Numbered from the stretch's first letter, positions 7,936-17,520 are shown. The stretch: DNA of 32,000 bases from Candidatus Heimdallarchaeota archaeon B3_Heim (GCA_003144275.1 NJBF01000006.1:60001-92000), one strand, 5' to 3'. The notes: generated from the letters alone by a model not told the origin. Numbers and translations: made by a program.

Positions 7936-8817
7936 TTACTTAAATGTAAACTGAATAAGTTTGATTATTCCCTCTGACATAAAGCCAAAGACACCAATGG
8001 TCATACAAATTTTGAGGATACGTTTTATTGAGGTAGTATTGTGAATAATCAGGTCTTCTGGTTGATTGAATAATTGAGGGATTGTGTACAGAATTAATCC
8101 AATAATCAAGAGAACGGCAAAAAAGAATGGGATACTTGAATAGTATCCTAAGATTATTGGAAATGGAATTACAACAACGAGACTCAATAGGATGATATAT
8201 GCAAGATTTCGAGCAGGCTTTACTCCATAGCGTAAAGCAATTGATTGCACATTCTCTAATTTGTCGCCATATACATCTTCTATATCTTTTATAAGCTCTC
8301 TTCCCAAATTTATTAGAAAGGCAAAAGAGGCGGGATAAATTAGAGTATTGTAGCTCTGGGTAACGAACCCTCCGAAAATAAATGGAATTGCAGCTAATAA
8401 AGCCACGATTAAATTACCTGGAAAGCCCGATCGTTTGAAGCGTGCAGCATAAAGATAGAGAAGAATGCCTCCACTCAACGCTAAAAGGACTGCAACGAAG
8501 TCAATTAAAACAGCAAATACAAACCCTAATGCAAGTGTAATAATAGAAAACCATTTTGCCCCTTTTAAACTAACAGAACCAGAAGGTATAGGACGATGGG
8601 GAACATTGATTTTGTCAATTTCGATATCGAATATGTCATTAATTGCATAACCATACGCAGAAATGAATCCAGTCGTAATACATCCAAATACAATGTACCA
8701 GAGTTGGTTTGTCGTCAAAGGAGCAGATAAAGCCGCTAAAGCACCTATGGCGACTGCAGATCCAGCTAATACGGAATTCAATGGTCGCCCAAGAATAAAA
8801 TAGGATTGTACAGACAT
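7936..8817 (-). CDS. UbiA-family prenyltransferase, probable digeranylgeranylglyceryl phosphate synthase
   Basis: RPLN, GYAINDIFDIEIDKINVPHRPIPSG, YLYAARFKRSGFPGN, GRELIKDIEDVYGD motifs typical of DGGGPS. Confidence 0.88.
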   Translation of the reverse strand: MSVQSYFILGRPLNSVLAGSAVAIGALAALSAPLTTNQLWYIVFGCITTGFISAYGYAINDIFDIEIDKINVPHRPIPSGSVSLKGAKWFSIITLALGFVFAVLIDFVAVLLALSGGILLYLYAARFKRSGFPGNLIVALLAAIPFIFGGFVTQSYNTLIYPASFAFLINLGRELIKDIEDVYGDKLENVQSIALRYGVKPARNLAYIILLSLVVVIPFPIILGYYSSIPFFFAVLLIIGLILYTIPQLFNQPEDLIIHNTTSIKRILKICMTIGVFGFMSEGIIKLIQFTFK

Positions 8818-8940
8818 TCTAGTTCATCTAGGTCCTTCTTTCGCAATAAAAAAGGAAAGCACACTTTTGTATTTATTTGTTTGGCGAGATTCTCAACTAT
8901 AAAAGAAGAAAATTTTTGTTGAAAATTACTTTAATTAGAA

Positions 8941-8970
8941 TATTAGAAAGAAAAAAGTAAAAAAAAAGGG
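8941..8970 (-). terminator. Oligo-T tract after the SPFH gene, candidate archaeal terminator
   Basis: The minus strand reads CCCCTTTTTTTTTACTTTTTCTTTCT about 10-40 nt downstream of the stop at 8982. Confidence 0.45.
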
Positions 8971-8981
8971 GATTAGAAGAA

Positions 8982-9872
8982 TTATTCGTCTGCCTTCTTC
9001 TTATCCTTTGTGGGAATTTTTTTTACCCCAAAGACACCTACAGGTGGTAAACCTCCATCTCCAGATGATCTTCCTAGGTTACCCCCTTTCGAAAATCCTG
9101 CAACAGGTATATTAGCAGGTACCATCATTATGGTTGCTCCACCTTCAGTTGCAGCTTCAAATAGTAAATTTATCCAACGTAATTCCATAGCGATTGGTGA
9201 TTTAGCATATTTATTAGCTGCTTCTATCATTCCATCTGCTGCTTCTTTTTCTGCTTGGGCAAGTGTGATACGAGCACGTCGTTCCCTTTCAGCTTCCGCT
9301 TGACGGGAAATTGCTTCTTGTAACCTTGCTGGGACGACAACATCACGAATTTCTACACTCATGATTTTTATACCCCACTTTTCAGTCTTCTCATCTACAA
9401 TTTCTTGCATATGACTGGCAATCTTCTCCCGTTCAGCTAATACTTCATCCAGTTCGACTTGTCCAGTCACTTCTCGTAAGGTTGTTTGAGCAACCCACTG
9501 AGTAGCGGAGGAATAGTGTTCAACTTCTAAGATGGTCTTTTCAACGTCTACAACCTTAAAGAACAACACGGCATCGATAGTAACGGGAACATTATCTCTG
9601 GTTAAGCTTTGTTCAGAACGGAAGGAGTAAGTTTGGATTCGAGTGGAAATGATTGAGGGAATTTTATCAATACCAGGAATAATCCAGAAAAATCCTGGAC
9701 CCTTTAAGCCTTGATATCGTCCAAGTCGCAGAACAGGTGCCCGTTCCCATTCTTTAATAATCTTAATTCCACTGGCGAGATAAATCAATACAAGTATCAG
9801 ACCAAACAATCCAAAAAACAGTAGCATAACATCTGTGCCCGCATCTTGGGCAAAAAAATTCAGTATTTCCAT
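8982..9872 (-). CDS. SPFH/stomatin (band 7, slipin) family membrane protein
   Basis: N-terminal TM, EWERAPVLRLG, TRDNVPVTIDAV, AQTTLREVTG, WGIKIMSVEIRDV, QAEAERERRA. Confidence 0.95.
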   Translation of the reverse strand: MEILNFFAQDAGTDVMLLFFGLFGLILVLIYLASGIKIIKEWERAPVLRLGRYQGLKGPGFFWIIPGIDKIPSIISTRIQTYSFRSEQSLTRDNVPVTIDAVLFFKVVDVEKTILEVEHYSSATQWVAQTTLREVTGQVELDEVLAEREKIASHMQEIVDEKTEKWGIKIMSVEIRDVVVPARLQEAISRQAEAERERRARITLAQAEKEAADGMIEAANKYAKSPIAMELRWINLLFEAATEGGATIMMVPANIPVAGFSKGGNLGRSSGDGGLPPVGVFGVKKIPTKDKKKADE

Positions 9873-10020
9873 TTTTTTAACCTAATTAACATTCTTCTTG
9901 AATAACAGTCACATTTTGACTAGAAAATTATATAATTTAAATCCTCACTTTACGGAAAACAGTGAAATAAAAAATCTACTAAACTGATATTTTTAGTGGT
10001 TGAATTCAGGTAACGTTCAG

Positions 10021-10434
10021 ATGGCTTCGAATCACATACTTGTTGAATTTTCCATTGCTGGCCAGAATGAATACGGTCGTGGTATATTAGATCGTGACAT
10101 TGCATCCCGTACAGTAGCTTTAATTAATTATCAACTTCGGAATGCTATTCAAACACGAATTGTGGTTCGAGATGGAGAAGTAAGTTTTCCATTTAAGATT
10201 GGCAGAGCAGGCCCTGAAAACGCAAAGAAATATGTAAGGAAGGGGGACATCGGGTATTGGACACAAAGTCACGTTCTAATTGTCTTCTTAGCTAGCAAAG
10301 AAATTGCATATCCAGTTAATATCGTTGGCCAGATTCAACAGGGGAGCATAAAATTTTTCAAAAAACTGAGAATTGGCCGTTCTATTAAAATAGAGAGAGT
10401 ACAGAGCGCTATCGATGAGGAGGATTACCTCTAA
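10021..10434 (+). CDS. Cyclophilin-like fold protein (TM1367/DUF369-like)
   Basis: A.RTV...GEV.F...E.....V.KGDIGYW....LIVF pattern. ATG at 10021 is preferred over TTG at 10000. Confidence 0.75.
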   Translation: MASNHILVEFSIAGQNEYGRGILDRDIASRTVALINYQLRNAIQTRIVVRDGEVSFPFKIGRAGPENAKKYVRKGDIGYWTQSHVLIVFLASKEIAYPVNIVGQIQQGSIKFFKKLRIGRSIKIERVQSAIDEEDYL

Positions 10435-10438
10435 ACTA

Positions 10439-11182
10439 TCAATGCCCGAAAAATAGTCTTTCAGCTAAACGAATCGGTAAACCGACTTTCTGAATTTCTC
10501 TAGCGACATCTCTGATGTCATAATTAACCCTGATCCAATCTAACTTAATCGTAGATTCAGGAGAAATTTCCATTATACCAGCAGACGCGCGTGGATCATT
10601 ATCACGTGGTTGACCCACACTTCCAGGATTGAAGATGACTTTTCCTGCCTCATTCTGGTATATTAACGGAATGTGAGTATGACCAACAATGAGTAGTAAA
10701 TTTTCACCAATCATATCAAGAAGTTCATCCTTGCGTTGTTTGGAATCTTCTGGATAGATATAATCGGTCAAATACTCTTTAGGTGAGGCATGTGTCAAAT
10801 AAATTTTGACGCCATTCTCTTCTATCTCCTTATATTCATATTGAGCTATGATGGAAATATAGGTTTTATTGTAAGTTGTTAGTTGATCAAAAGTCCAAAG
10901 AACCGCTTTTGCTGCGTCAGGGTTAAAACCGTCAGCGTTTCCTGTTGCACAAGCAATATCATGATTGCCTATTATGGTTAAATCAAAAGATTCAGAGATT
11001 TTAACGAGTTCGTTTGGATATGGTCCATATCCGATGATATCGCCTAAGCATATTGTATAGTCGATGTTTTTCCCATATTGATTTTGAACCTCATCGCGAA
11101 TCGCGTGATACGCAGTCAAATTACTATGGAGGTCTGCCAGAAATAGTATCCGCATTGGTCGACTAGACATAAAATTTCCCAA
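10439..11182 (-). CDS. Calcineurin-like metallophosphoesterase (MJ0936/YfcE-like)
   Basis: DLHSN, GDIIGYG, GNHD, THASP, GHTH, NPGSVGQPRD motifs. The real start may be 11170 or 11155. A BRE/TATA-like GAAAAAATTTATTTAAA near 11229-11245 suggests its own promoter. Confidence 0.92.
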   Translation of the reverse strand: MGNFMSSRPMRILFLADLHSNLTAYHAIRDEVQNQYGKNIDYTICLGDIIGYGPYPNELVKISESFDLTIIGNHDIACATGNADGFNPDAAKAVLWTFDQLTTYNKTYISIIAQYEYKEIEENGVKIYLTHASPKEYLTDYIYPEDSKQRKDELLDMIGENLLLIVGHTHIPLIYQNEAGKVIFNPGSVGQPRDNDPRASAGIMEISPESTIKLDWIRVNYDIRDVAREIQKVGLPIRLAERLFFGH

Positions 11183-11306
11183 AATAGAGTTTTTGACTCA
11201 AGATATCTCATAAAAAGTCGCAATGATCTTTAAATAAATTTTTTCCCCAATGATAGAAAAAAGGGATTGTAAGAGGTGTTTTACCACCATCTTAAAATTG
11301 CTCTCA

Positions 11307-11969
11307 TTACTCTGCAGTTAAAATTTGAATTTCTAATTCTTTTTCGGTGAGAGGTTCTTTCTTATTCAGAGCATTTGTGATAATTTCGAGAACTAACTTC
11401 TTTGCAGCTTCAACTGCAATGCCTTGCTTATATTCCTTCCGAAGGGCATCGATTATTCGTTCATTCCCACTTCCAGCAGCATAAGCATTTACTGCAAAGT
11501 AAGAACCTCCATTATCTACAAAGAACAGTTCTGCCTCTTTAGAAATTGGATTGAAGCCTGCTAGGAGTAAAGCTGTTCCGAAAGGTCTAAGACCTCCTTG
11601 AATTGTATGGCGAGCCATTAAATCTCCTAATCGTTGAGCTAAAGCCCTGATGGAAATTTTTTCTCCGTAAATCAAACGATGTTGTTGAGCAACTAAACGT
11701 GCTTGTCCAATTAGAAGGTTTGAATCAGTAGAGAGGCCAGATGCAATTAGGAATAATTTACTATCTATTTTTTGAATTTTATCTGGTTTTACAACCAATG
11801 GATCAAATAAAGTTTCACCCGCGAGTAAAATGGTTTTACTATCTAAGATCATGCCTAATGCGGCTGCTCCTTTCTCGGATGCCTTTCGTGCATATGATAA
11901 TTGGACCAATTCACCGTCAGGACTCCATATTGCTGCAGATTTATCGTATGGTATTCTAGAATCGTACAT
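11307..11969 (-). CDS. psmA: 20S proteasome alpha subunit (divergent, short)
   Basis: YDKSAAIWSPDGELVQLSYA (canonical YD...FSPDGRLFQVEYA), KIQKID, SGLSTD, GGLRPFGTALLLAG. Confidence 0.92.
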   Translation of the reverse strand: MYDSRIPYDKSAAIWSPDGELVQLSYARKASEKGAAALGMILDSKTILLAGETLFDPLVVKPDKIQKIDSKLFLIASGLSTDSNLLIGQARLVAQQHRLIYGEKISIRALAQRLGDLMARHTIQGGLRPFGTALLLAGFNPISKEAELFFVDNGGSYFAVNAYAAGSGNERIIDALRKEYKQGIAVEAAKKLVLEIITNALNKKEPLTEKELEIQILTAE

Positions 11970-11979
11970 AATTTATACC

Positions 11980-12645
11980 TCACATGTCAATATGGATTTC
12001 TTCTGTTATTACTTGGTCTTCAACCTTGAAAAAGATCAATCCATCAATTCCATTCCCAGTAGCGTTATCTCTTGCAAGAGAGGTTTTTAAAGCTGCAATA
12101 GCAAGGTCTTTCGCCTTTTCTTTGTCGAGATCAGGTTTGTATGAGTGTTCTAATACACCTATGGATAATAGGGTTCCTGATCCAATTGCAAAGAAGTCTT
12201 CGTCAGAAATTGATCCATCAGGACCTAAAACATATACATGTGATCCACGACGATCGACTCCTGCAACTAAAAGTTGTACCCACCAAGGTTGAAATCTTCG
12301 AAAACTTCCATGCATGATTGTGGCAAGTAAGCTCCCAGCAACTTTAATACTGGGCTCGAAATTATTTTCAAGTTGATAAAGACGTAATTCACTTCGCAAT
12401 AGATCCACTAGTGCTTGTGCATCGGATACAGATCCTGCAATTCCAATACCAGTGTAATCATTGACCTTATGGACTTTTTTTGCATGTTTACTAGCAGTAA
12501 AACTGCCCATTGATGCACGACGATCAGCGATAACTAAAGCACCATTTTTAAACTTCAAGGCTAATCCTGTTGTCCCTTTTAATCTATTCATCTGGTCTTG
12601 CTGTGAATTATTATCGTTAAATAAGGGGTTTGTTGGATAATTCAC
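11980..12645 (-). CDS. psmB: 20S proteasome beta subunit with propeptide, catalytic triad intact
   Basis: LKG|TTGLAL with Thr1, Asp17 (ADRRAS), Lys33 (HAKK) and GSG. GTG start with AAGGAG upstream. Confidence 0.95.
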   Translation of the reverse strand: MNYPTNPLFNDNNSQQDQMNRLKGTTGLALKFKNGALVIADRRASMGSFTASKHAKKVHKVNDYTGIGIAGSVSDAQALVDLLRSELRLYQLENNFEPSIKVAGSLLATIMHGSFRRFQPWWVQLLVAGVDRRGSHVYVLGPDGSISDEDFFAIGSGTLLSIGVLEHSYKPDLDKEKAKDLAIAALKTSLARDNATGNGIDGLIFFKVEDQVITEEIHIDM

Positions 12646-12873
12646 TTTGTGTTTCTCCTTTATTGTGTTTTTTATTGTTGTTAAACATTATATTGTTTCA
12701 TATAGAGAATTTCTAGAACTTATTAATATGACTGGCTTTGGGAAAAAAAGAGAAATTGCTGTTTATCAAGCGAGAATGCTTTGGAAAAATTACTTTTTCC
12801 TTCTTGAATTAGAGAATTTGGTATAGTTCTCCTTTTAATATTGACTGAAACCTAGATTCCAATGATTAAGGGA

Positions 12874-15837
12874 TTAAAAATCCATATAGAGAGCTGGCTT
12901 CATTGGTTGAGCCTTTGAAGCTTTATTTAGAGGATCGATGATTGATTTAGTTCCAGCTGCGAAAACCTCTAGATTACAGTCAAAGTGTTTAGATAGATAT
13001 TGTTTATACCCATTAATTGCATCTATTTCTTTTTCTGTTCCTACATATTCTTTCCTAAATATCTTAGCATCCCCACGAACCGATTTAAGTTCTTTAGCAA
13101 TTTCAGACATTTTTGGAGTGAATTTCGGGTTTGACTTTAGAGTACCCATAATTTTCCCCATATTAAAAGATCCTCCACCTAGTATTTTAGAAATTTCACC
13201 GTATAATTCTTGTTTCCATTCAGGTGCTACGTAAATAATTATCTTTTTTGGAGAATCTCGCTTCAAATCAATAATTGCTTGAATATCTTCTGATAAATCC
13301 TTAATGAAATTTGTTTGCAGCATTAAGTCAGCTGCTTCGCTTGTCACCTCTAATTGGGGAATATTCCTTAATGAGCAGAATTCAGTAGATCCTAATTTCT
13401 CATTAATTTCCTCACAAACATGTGGAATCATTGGACTGAGAATTATATTCCAATGATCGACAATATATCGAAGAGCTGCCTGTCTTTCTTTCTTAGAGAT
13501 GCCAATAGAAGATTTTTGATAGAACTCGATCTCTCTTAACATTAGATGGAATGCATGAGTGACAAAATCTCGGCCATTATACACCCCCAGTTGACTTACT
13601 GCTTCTTTTAGATGGGATGTACAAGCAGAAATGAAAGATCGTGTCATAAATGATGATTTATTTACATCAAAGGATTTATCAATAGGATATGAAGCAATCT
13701 CGTTAATCAATGACCAAAATTTTCTGAATCTAGTCACAAGGGTGTTAATACCTTCGTCTGTCCAATTCAAAACTGTATCAGCAGAACCAGCAGCAACTAG
13801 ATACATCCTTGTAACATCAACAGAGTACTTTTTTGGAAGAAGGGCAATAGGTATGACATTTCCAGCAGATTTTGACATTTTTTCTCCCTCACGAATTAAT
13901 AGTTCATTAAGGCTAAAGCATTTTGGCCAATGCTTGGGGGGAAATATTGCCACATGATGGAATATTGTAAATGATAGGTGATTACCTATATGTGCAATTG
14001 CTGTGTGCCGTAAATCGTTCGGATACCAGTAAAGAAATTCTTTTTGCATCTCGCCCAAAACTTGTTGGTCAATACCACTTTTCTTTGAAACTTTGACCTT
14101 GCTTCCTTTTTTCAAGAAAATATAATCAAATACTTCCGGAATCAACTGCTCAGAACGAATATTATGCTCACGAATATGATGAATAATTGTGTAAAAGGCC
14201 ATGTAAATAACACTGTCACTTAATGACTCAATTATCCATCCCTGTCCCTTGGTTAATGGAAATTCAGTACCTAGTCCTCTTTTTCTGACACAAGGTCTTC
14301 GATCTAACCAGTCAAAAGTTCTTTCGAAGGATTTTCGATATTTTTCTGGGGTAATGGTCATTTTTGAGAGGGCGTCAAATGCTTTGGATTTCCATGTTTC
14401 ATTCCCATAATGTAGAAAGTATTGATCAGGCAATACTGCAACCACAATTTCTCCACCACATCTACAAAAAGCTTTTCTTGAAGTTTCATAAAATGGAAAT
14501 GCTCGTTGTTCATCAATCAAAGTTTTAGCTACGTTATCTTTTGCATTTTCAACTTTTTGTCCAGCAAATTCCTCTGTAAAGTCCATCATAATACCATTAT
14601 AAAATTCCGAGGAATAGATTTCTTGTGTTGCAGTTTCAAGTTTTTCTGTATCATTCTGATTTTTGACACCTAAACGTTCACATATTTCAATAGCAGGAAA
14701 TTCTCCATATTCCTCAACTGAAATTAATGCAATTGGTTCTATTTTAACTACTTTATCAGCTAAACCTTCGTATTGATCAATCGGTGAAGTATCTTCTTGT
14801 AAATCTCTTAGTGCTATATAATCGTAAGGAGCATGTGCTGGAACTGAGTATACAACCCCTGTTGCATGTTCAGGATCTACAAAAGGCGCTGGAAGGATAG
14901 GTAGGGGTCTATCAGGTACACGAGGTGCGAATACTTCCAAACCAATGAATTCAGATCCTAATTTCTCCTCTAATTCCTCAATTTCAAAATTTTGTTGATG
15001 TAACTTCGTAACAGCTCTAGATGAGATTACCCAAGTTTCTCCATTAATTCGTATTCGTTTATAGTGTGCCTCTGGATGAATCCATAGATTTGTAGCACCA
15101 TATATAGTCTCAGGCCGGAATGTCGCTGCAACTAAAAAATCCTCTCCCATTTGAAATTTGAGGGCTACAAACTCTTGTACTTCAACTTTATTGACATCAG
15201 CATCTCTAATATCGTCTTCTCCGACTGCATTTTTATCAATTGGACACCAAAGTATTGGAAATTCACCTTGAACAATCAATTTTTGTTCGATTAGGTGTTT
15301 ATATTGCCATTCAATAAATTTATTATATTCGGGATCCCCAGTTGTGAATTGTCGGTGTACGTCCAATGAATACCCCATTGCTTCAAAATCACTAATCATA
15401 TTCTTGGCAAAATACATTGCAACATTCATCGGATCATTGAACGACTGGACAATTTCCTTAATCTGCTTTTCGTCTTGTTCATAGATGCTTACGTAATCTG
15501 TATAGAGAGAGATAGTATGTTTGTCGCCTTCTGCTATTTTTGCCGACACTGATAATACTGGTGTTCCAGTAATATGGAAGGCCATGGGCCAGAGAGTATT
15601 ATTGCCCAATTGACGTTTGTAACGACAAAACATATCTCCTAGTGTATAAGTACGAGCATGCCCTACATGTAACGCCCCAGACGAATAAGGATAAGGAATA
15701 GTGACAAAGTATTTTTTCTTACTTGGATCTACAATTCCCTTGAAAATGTCTTTTTCTGACCATCTTTGTTGCCATTTCTTTTCAATTGATCGAAGACTCT
15801 CGAAAAATTCGCTAATAACACCCTGTTGTTCACTCAA
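12874..15837 (-). CDS. leuS: Leucyl-tRNA synthetase, archaeal/eukaryal type
   Basis: YPYSSGALHVGH (HIGH), KMSKS, CP1 ATFRPETIYG, WIIESLSDSVIYMAFY, KAQPMKPALY. Confidence 0.97.
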   Translation of the reverse strand: MSEQQGVISEFFESLRSIEKKWQQRWSEKDIFKGIVDPSKKKYFVTIPYPYSSGALHVGHARTYTLGDMFCRYKRQLGNNTLWPMAFHITGTPVLSVSAKIAEGDKHTISLYTDYVSIYEQDEKQIKEIVQSFNDPMNVAMYFAKNMISDFEAMGYSLDVHRQFTTGDPEYNKFIEWQYKHLIEQKLIVQGEFPILWCPIDKNAVGEDDIRDADVNKVEVQEFVALKFQMGEDFLVAATFRPETIYGATNLWIHPEAHYKRIRINGETWVISSRAVTKLHQQNFEIEELEEKLGSEFIGLEVFAPRVPDRPLPILPAPFVDPEHATGVVYSVPAHAPYDYIALRDLQEDTSPIDQYEGLADKVVKIEPIALISVEEYGEFPAIEICERLGVKNQNDTEKLETATQEIYSSEFYNGIMMDFTEEFAGQKVENAKDNVAKTLIDEQRAFPFYETSRKAFCRCGGEIVVAVLPDQYFLHYGNETWKSKAFDALSKMTITPEKYRKSFERTFDWLDRRPCVRKRGLGTEFPLTKGQGWIIESLSDSVIYMAFYTIIHHIREHNIRSEQLIPEVFDYIFLKKGSKVKVSKKSGIDQQVLGEMQKEFLYWYPNDLRHTAIAHIGNHLSFTIFHHVAIFPPKHWPKCFSLNELLIREGEKMSKSAGNVIPIALLPKKYSVDVTRMYLVAAGSADTVLNWTDEGINTLVTRFRKFWSLINEIASYPIDKSFDVNKSSFMTRSFISACTSHLKEAVSQLGVYNGRDFVTHAFHLMLREIEFYQKSSIGISKKERQAALRYIVDHWNIILSPMIPHVCEEINEKLGSTEFCSLRNIPQLEVTSEAADLMLQTNFIKDLSEDIQAIIDLKRDSPKKIIIYVAPEWKQELYGEISKILGGGSFNMGKIMGTLKSNPKFTPKMSEIAKELKSVRGDAKIFRKEYVGTEKEIDAINGYKQYLSKHFDCNLEVFAAGTKSIIDPLNKASKAQPMKPALYMDF

Positions 15838-16152
15838 TGTATTACACCGTTATTTGATTTACAATTGGAATAGAATTAAAGAAAAAACAATAAATGAATG
15901 AGGATACTAAAATAGAGCGTTCTCTAAGGGTTGAAAAATTAATTTTAGGACAGAAGAACGCAATACCTCATTGAATTACCTCAATTCCTCTACTTCAGCC
16001 CTTTTTTTATAAGAATTTGGCTATCATCAAGGACTCTTCAACCACCTATGAATATAAAGGGGAGTGGGGAGTATCTAGGCTGTTGAGGAGAATAAGAAAA
16101 ATGAAGTTTGTCTATCGATGAAATGCTCAATAGAAAAAATAGAACCAGCTAA

Positions 16153-16785
16153 TCAATTTGCATGTGAGGTACTTATCCTACGTATTTGTAGAAAAATTTG
16201 ATGATTAACCAACATTTGACGAATTAATTGGATAAATCTCTCAATTGTTTCAGATTTAACATTATAACTTTCAATTTCAATTTCTGTTTGGGAAATTGTA
16301 GAAATCAATATTTTAGAATGATCTTCGACATGTATCCACTCTAAACGTCCCTTATTATCAGTAGAAAAGTGGCCAACAAACCTATAATATCCAAAATATT
16401 TCCCTGCTAATTGTTTAACTAGATCTTCAACAGGAATTTCCTTCTCAGAAGTGATTGTTGTGAGTATCTTTTTCAGTTCACTATTTTGTTCTTGATAATG
16501 ATGAATAAGTCCCTGATTGTCAAAATATTCTCGAACTTTGTCATAGGTTTCATTTCCCAAACCATATCCCCCATCAGGAGATTGTTGTATTAATCGATCT
16601 TCTTGAAGACGTTCTAAAGCCCTAGTTAATTTTTGTTGGTGAACATCTCTAAGTAATCGCCGAAGACCATTAAAACGAAAATTATAGTTTTTTTCTCTTA
16701 CAGATAACTCCTCTAGTACCGACTCTTCGAGACTCGATAAATATTCTGGAACGAAATCCGCACTTTCTTGTCTATATTCTTCCAA
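16153..16785 (-). CDS. Winged-helix (HxlR-like) DNA-binding protein with an uncharacterised alpha/beta C-terminal domain
   Basis: FRFNGLRRLL.DVHQQKLTRALERLQEDRLI...GGY matches the HxlR-type wHTH pattern. TTG start. Confidence 0.65.
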   Translation of the reverse strand: MEEYRQESADFVPEYLSSLEESVLEELSVREKNYNFRFNGLRRLLRDVHQQKLTRALERLQEDRLIQQSPDGGYGLGNETYDKVREYFDNQGLIHHYQEQNSELKKILTTITSEKEIPVEDLVKQLAGKYFGYYRFVGHFSTDNKGRLEWIHVEDHSKILISTISQTEIEIESYNVKSETIERFIQLIRQMLVNHQIFLQIRRISTSHAN

Positions 16786-16822
16786 ATTTACTCACTTCTA
16801 TCCTCATTAGTTCATCATTGCG

Positions 16823-16868
16823 AAGAAAATAATAATTAGGGGTAGAGAATTTTCCACCCTTCTAATTA
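16823..16868 (-). terminator. Stem-loop followed by a U-rich tail directly downstream of hsp20
   Basis: Minus strand TAATTAG-AA-GGGT-GG...CT-ACCC-CTAATTA followed by TTATTTTCTT, starting 10 nt after the stop codon. Confidence 0.5.
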
Positions 16869-16878
16869 CACTCATTCA

Positions 16879-17454
16879 CTATTCTATGTTCAATTTATGT
16901 CTTTTCTCAGTAGTTTTTTGTTTTTTACTGCTTATTTCAAGAACTCCATTATGGATCGTACTTTTTGTTTGCTTCGGTTCTATTTTCGAGGGTAGGTGTA
17001 CGACTTGATTAATCTCCCTGGTACCAGCTTTTCCATTAAGAGTTAACTCCAAACCACTTTCGTCAATTTCGATATTCAAATTGTCTTTTGTAAACCCAGG
17101 AACTTCTACTATAATCTTTAAAGAATCATCTTCATCTAAAATATCAACGAACCGATCCAAACTGGTTGGTTTTGAAGATATCTCAGGGTTTTCGCGATGT
17201 GTGGGAATCATTTCAAGTTGAGGTAACCCTCTTTTCTCACGATAGTCATTTAAATTTCCCCATTGTCGGACTTCTGGTCTATAATCGGTTTCTGGGCCAA
17301 TTCGCATAGAATATCCGAAAGTAATCGGTCCTTCCTCTGTGTATTCTCTATTCATTCCTTTAAGAGAAGTGTTGAATTCTTCATTAAATGATTTAAAAAT
17401 GTCAGTAAAGTCAAAATTCCAAAAATTATCAAAATTTCGTCTTTTTCGATTCAT
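16879..17454 (-). CDS. hsp20: Archaeal small heat-shock protein Hsp20
   Basis: GPITFGYSMRIGP...VRQWGN, VDILDEDD.LKIIVEVPG, alpha-crystallin end HNGVLEI and C-terminal LNIE (IxI). ATG at 17454 has AAGGTGAT upstream. Confidence 0.93.
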   Translation of the reverse strand: MNRKRRNFDNFWNFDFTDIFKSFNEEFNTSLKGMNREYTEEGPITFGYSMRIGPETDYRPEVRQWGNLNDYREKRGLPQLEMIPTHRENPEISSKPTSLDRFVDILDEDDSLKIIVEVPGFTKDNLNIEIDESGLELTLNGKAGTREINQVVHLPSKIEPKQTKSTIHNGVLEISSKKQKTTEKRHKLNIE

Positions 17455-17505
17455 ACATATCACCTTTTAGTAATTGTCTCTGATAAAAAATATATTCACG
17501 TATTG

Positions 17506-17520
17506 TTTATAAATTTTTTG
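17506..17520 (-). promoter_or_regulatory. BRE + TATA box of hsp20 (CAAAAAA-TTTATAAA)
   Basis: Near-consensus archaeal promoter about 50 nt upstream of the start, with the SD motif in between. Confidence 0.55.

Noticed and set aside
12707-12719. Heat-shock-element-like GAATTTCTAGAAC upstream of psmB
   Set aside because: The spacing does not fit nGAAnnTTCn repeats, no copy is visible at the hsp20 promoter, and TTCTAGAA is expected by chance in AT-rich DNA.
15894-15974. 26-codon ATG ORF upstream of leuS on the + strand (a similar 26-codon ORF lies at 1391-1471)
   Set aside because: It is too short, has no motif or Leu-codon enrichment, and is on the wrong strand for a leuS leader peptide.
16047-16075. 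ATGAA...GAG resembling a eukaryotic-type SECIS core inside the hairpin
   Set aside because: Only about 16 nt separate the core strands, so there is no helix II or apical AAR loop, and there is no nearby in-frame TGA gene.
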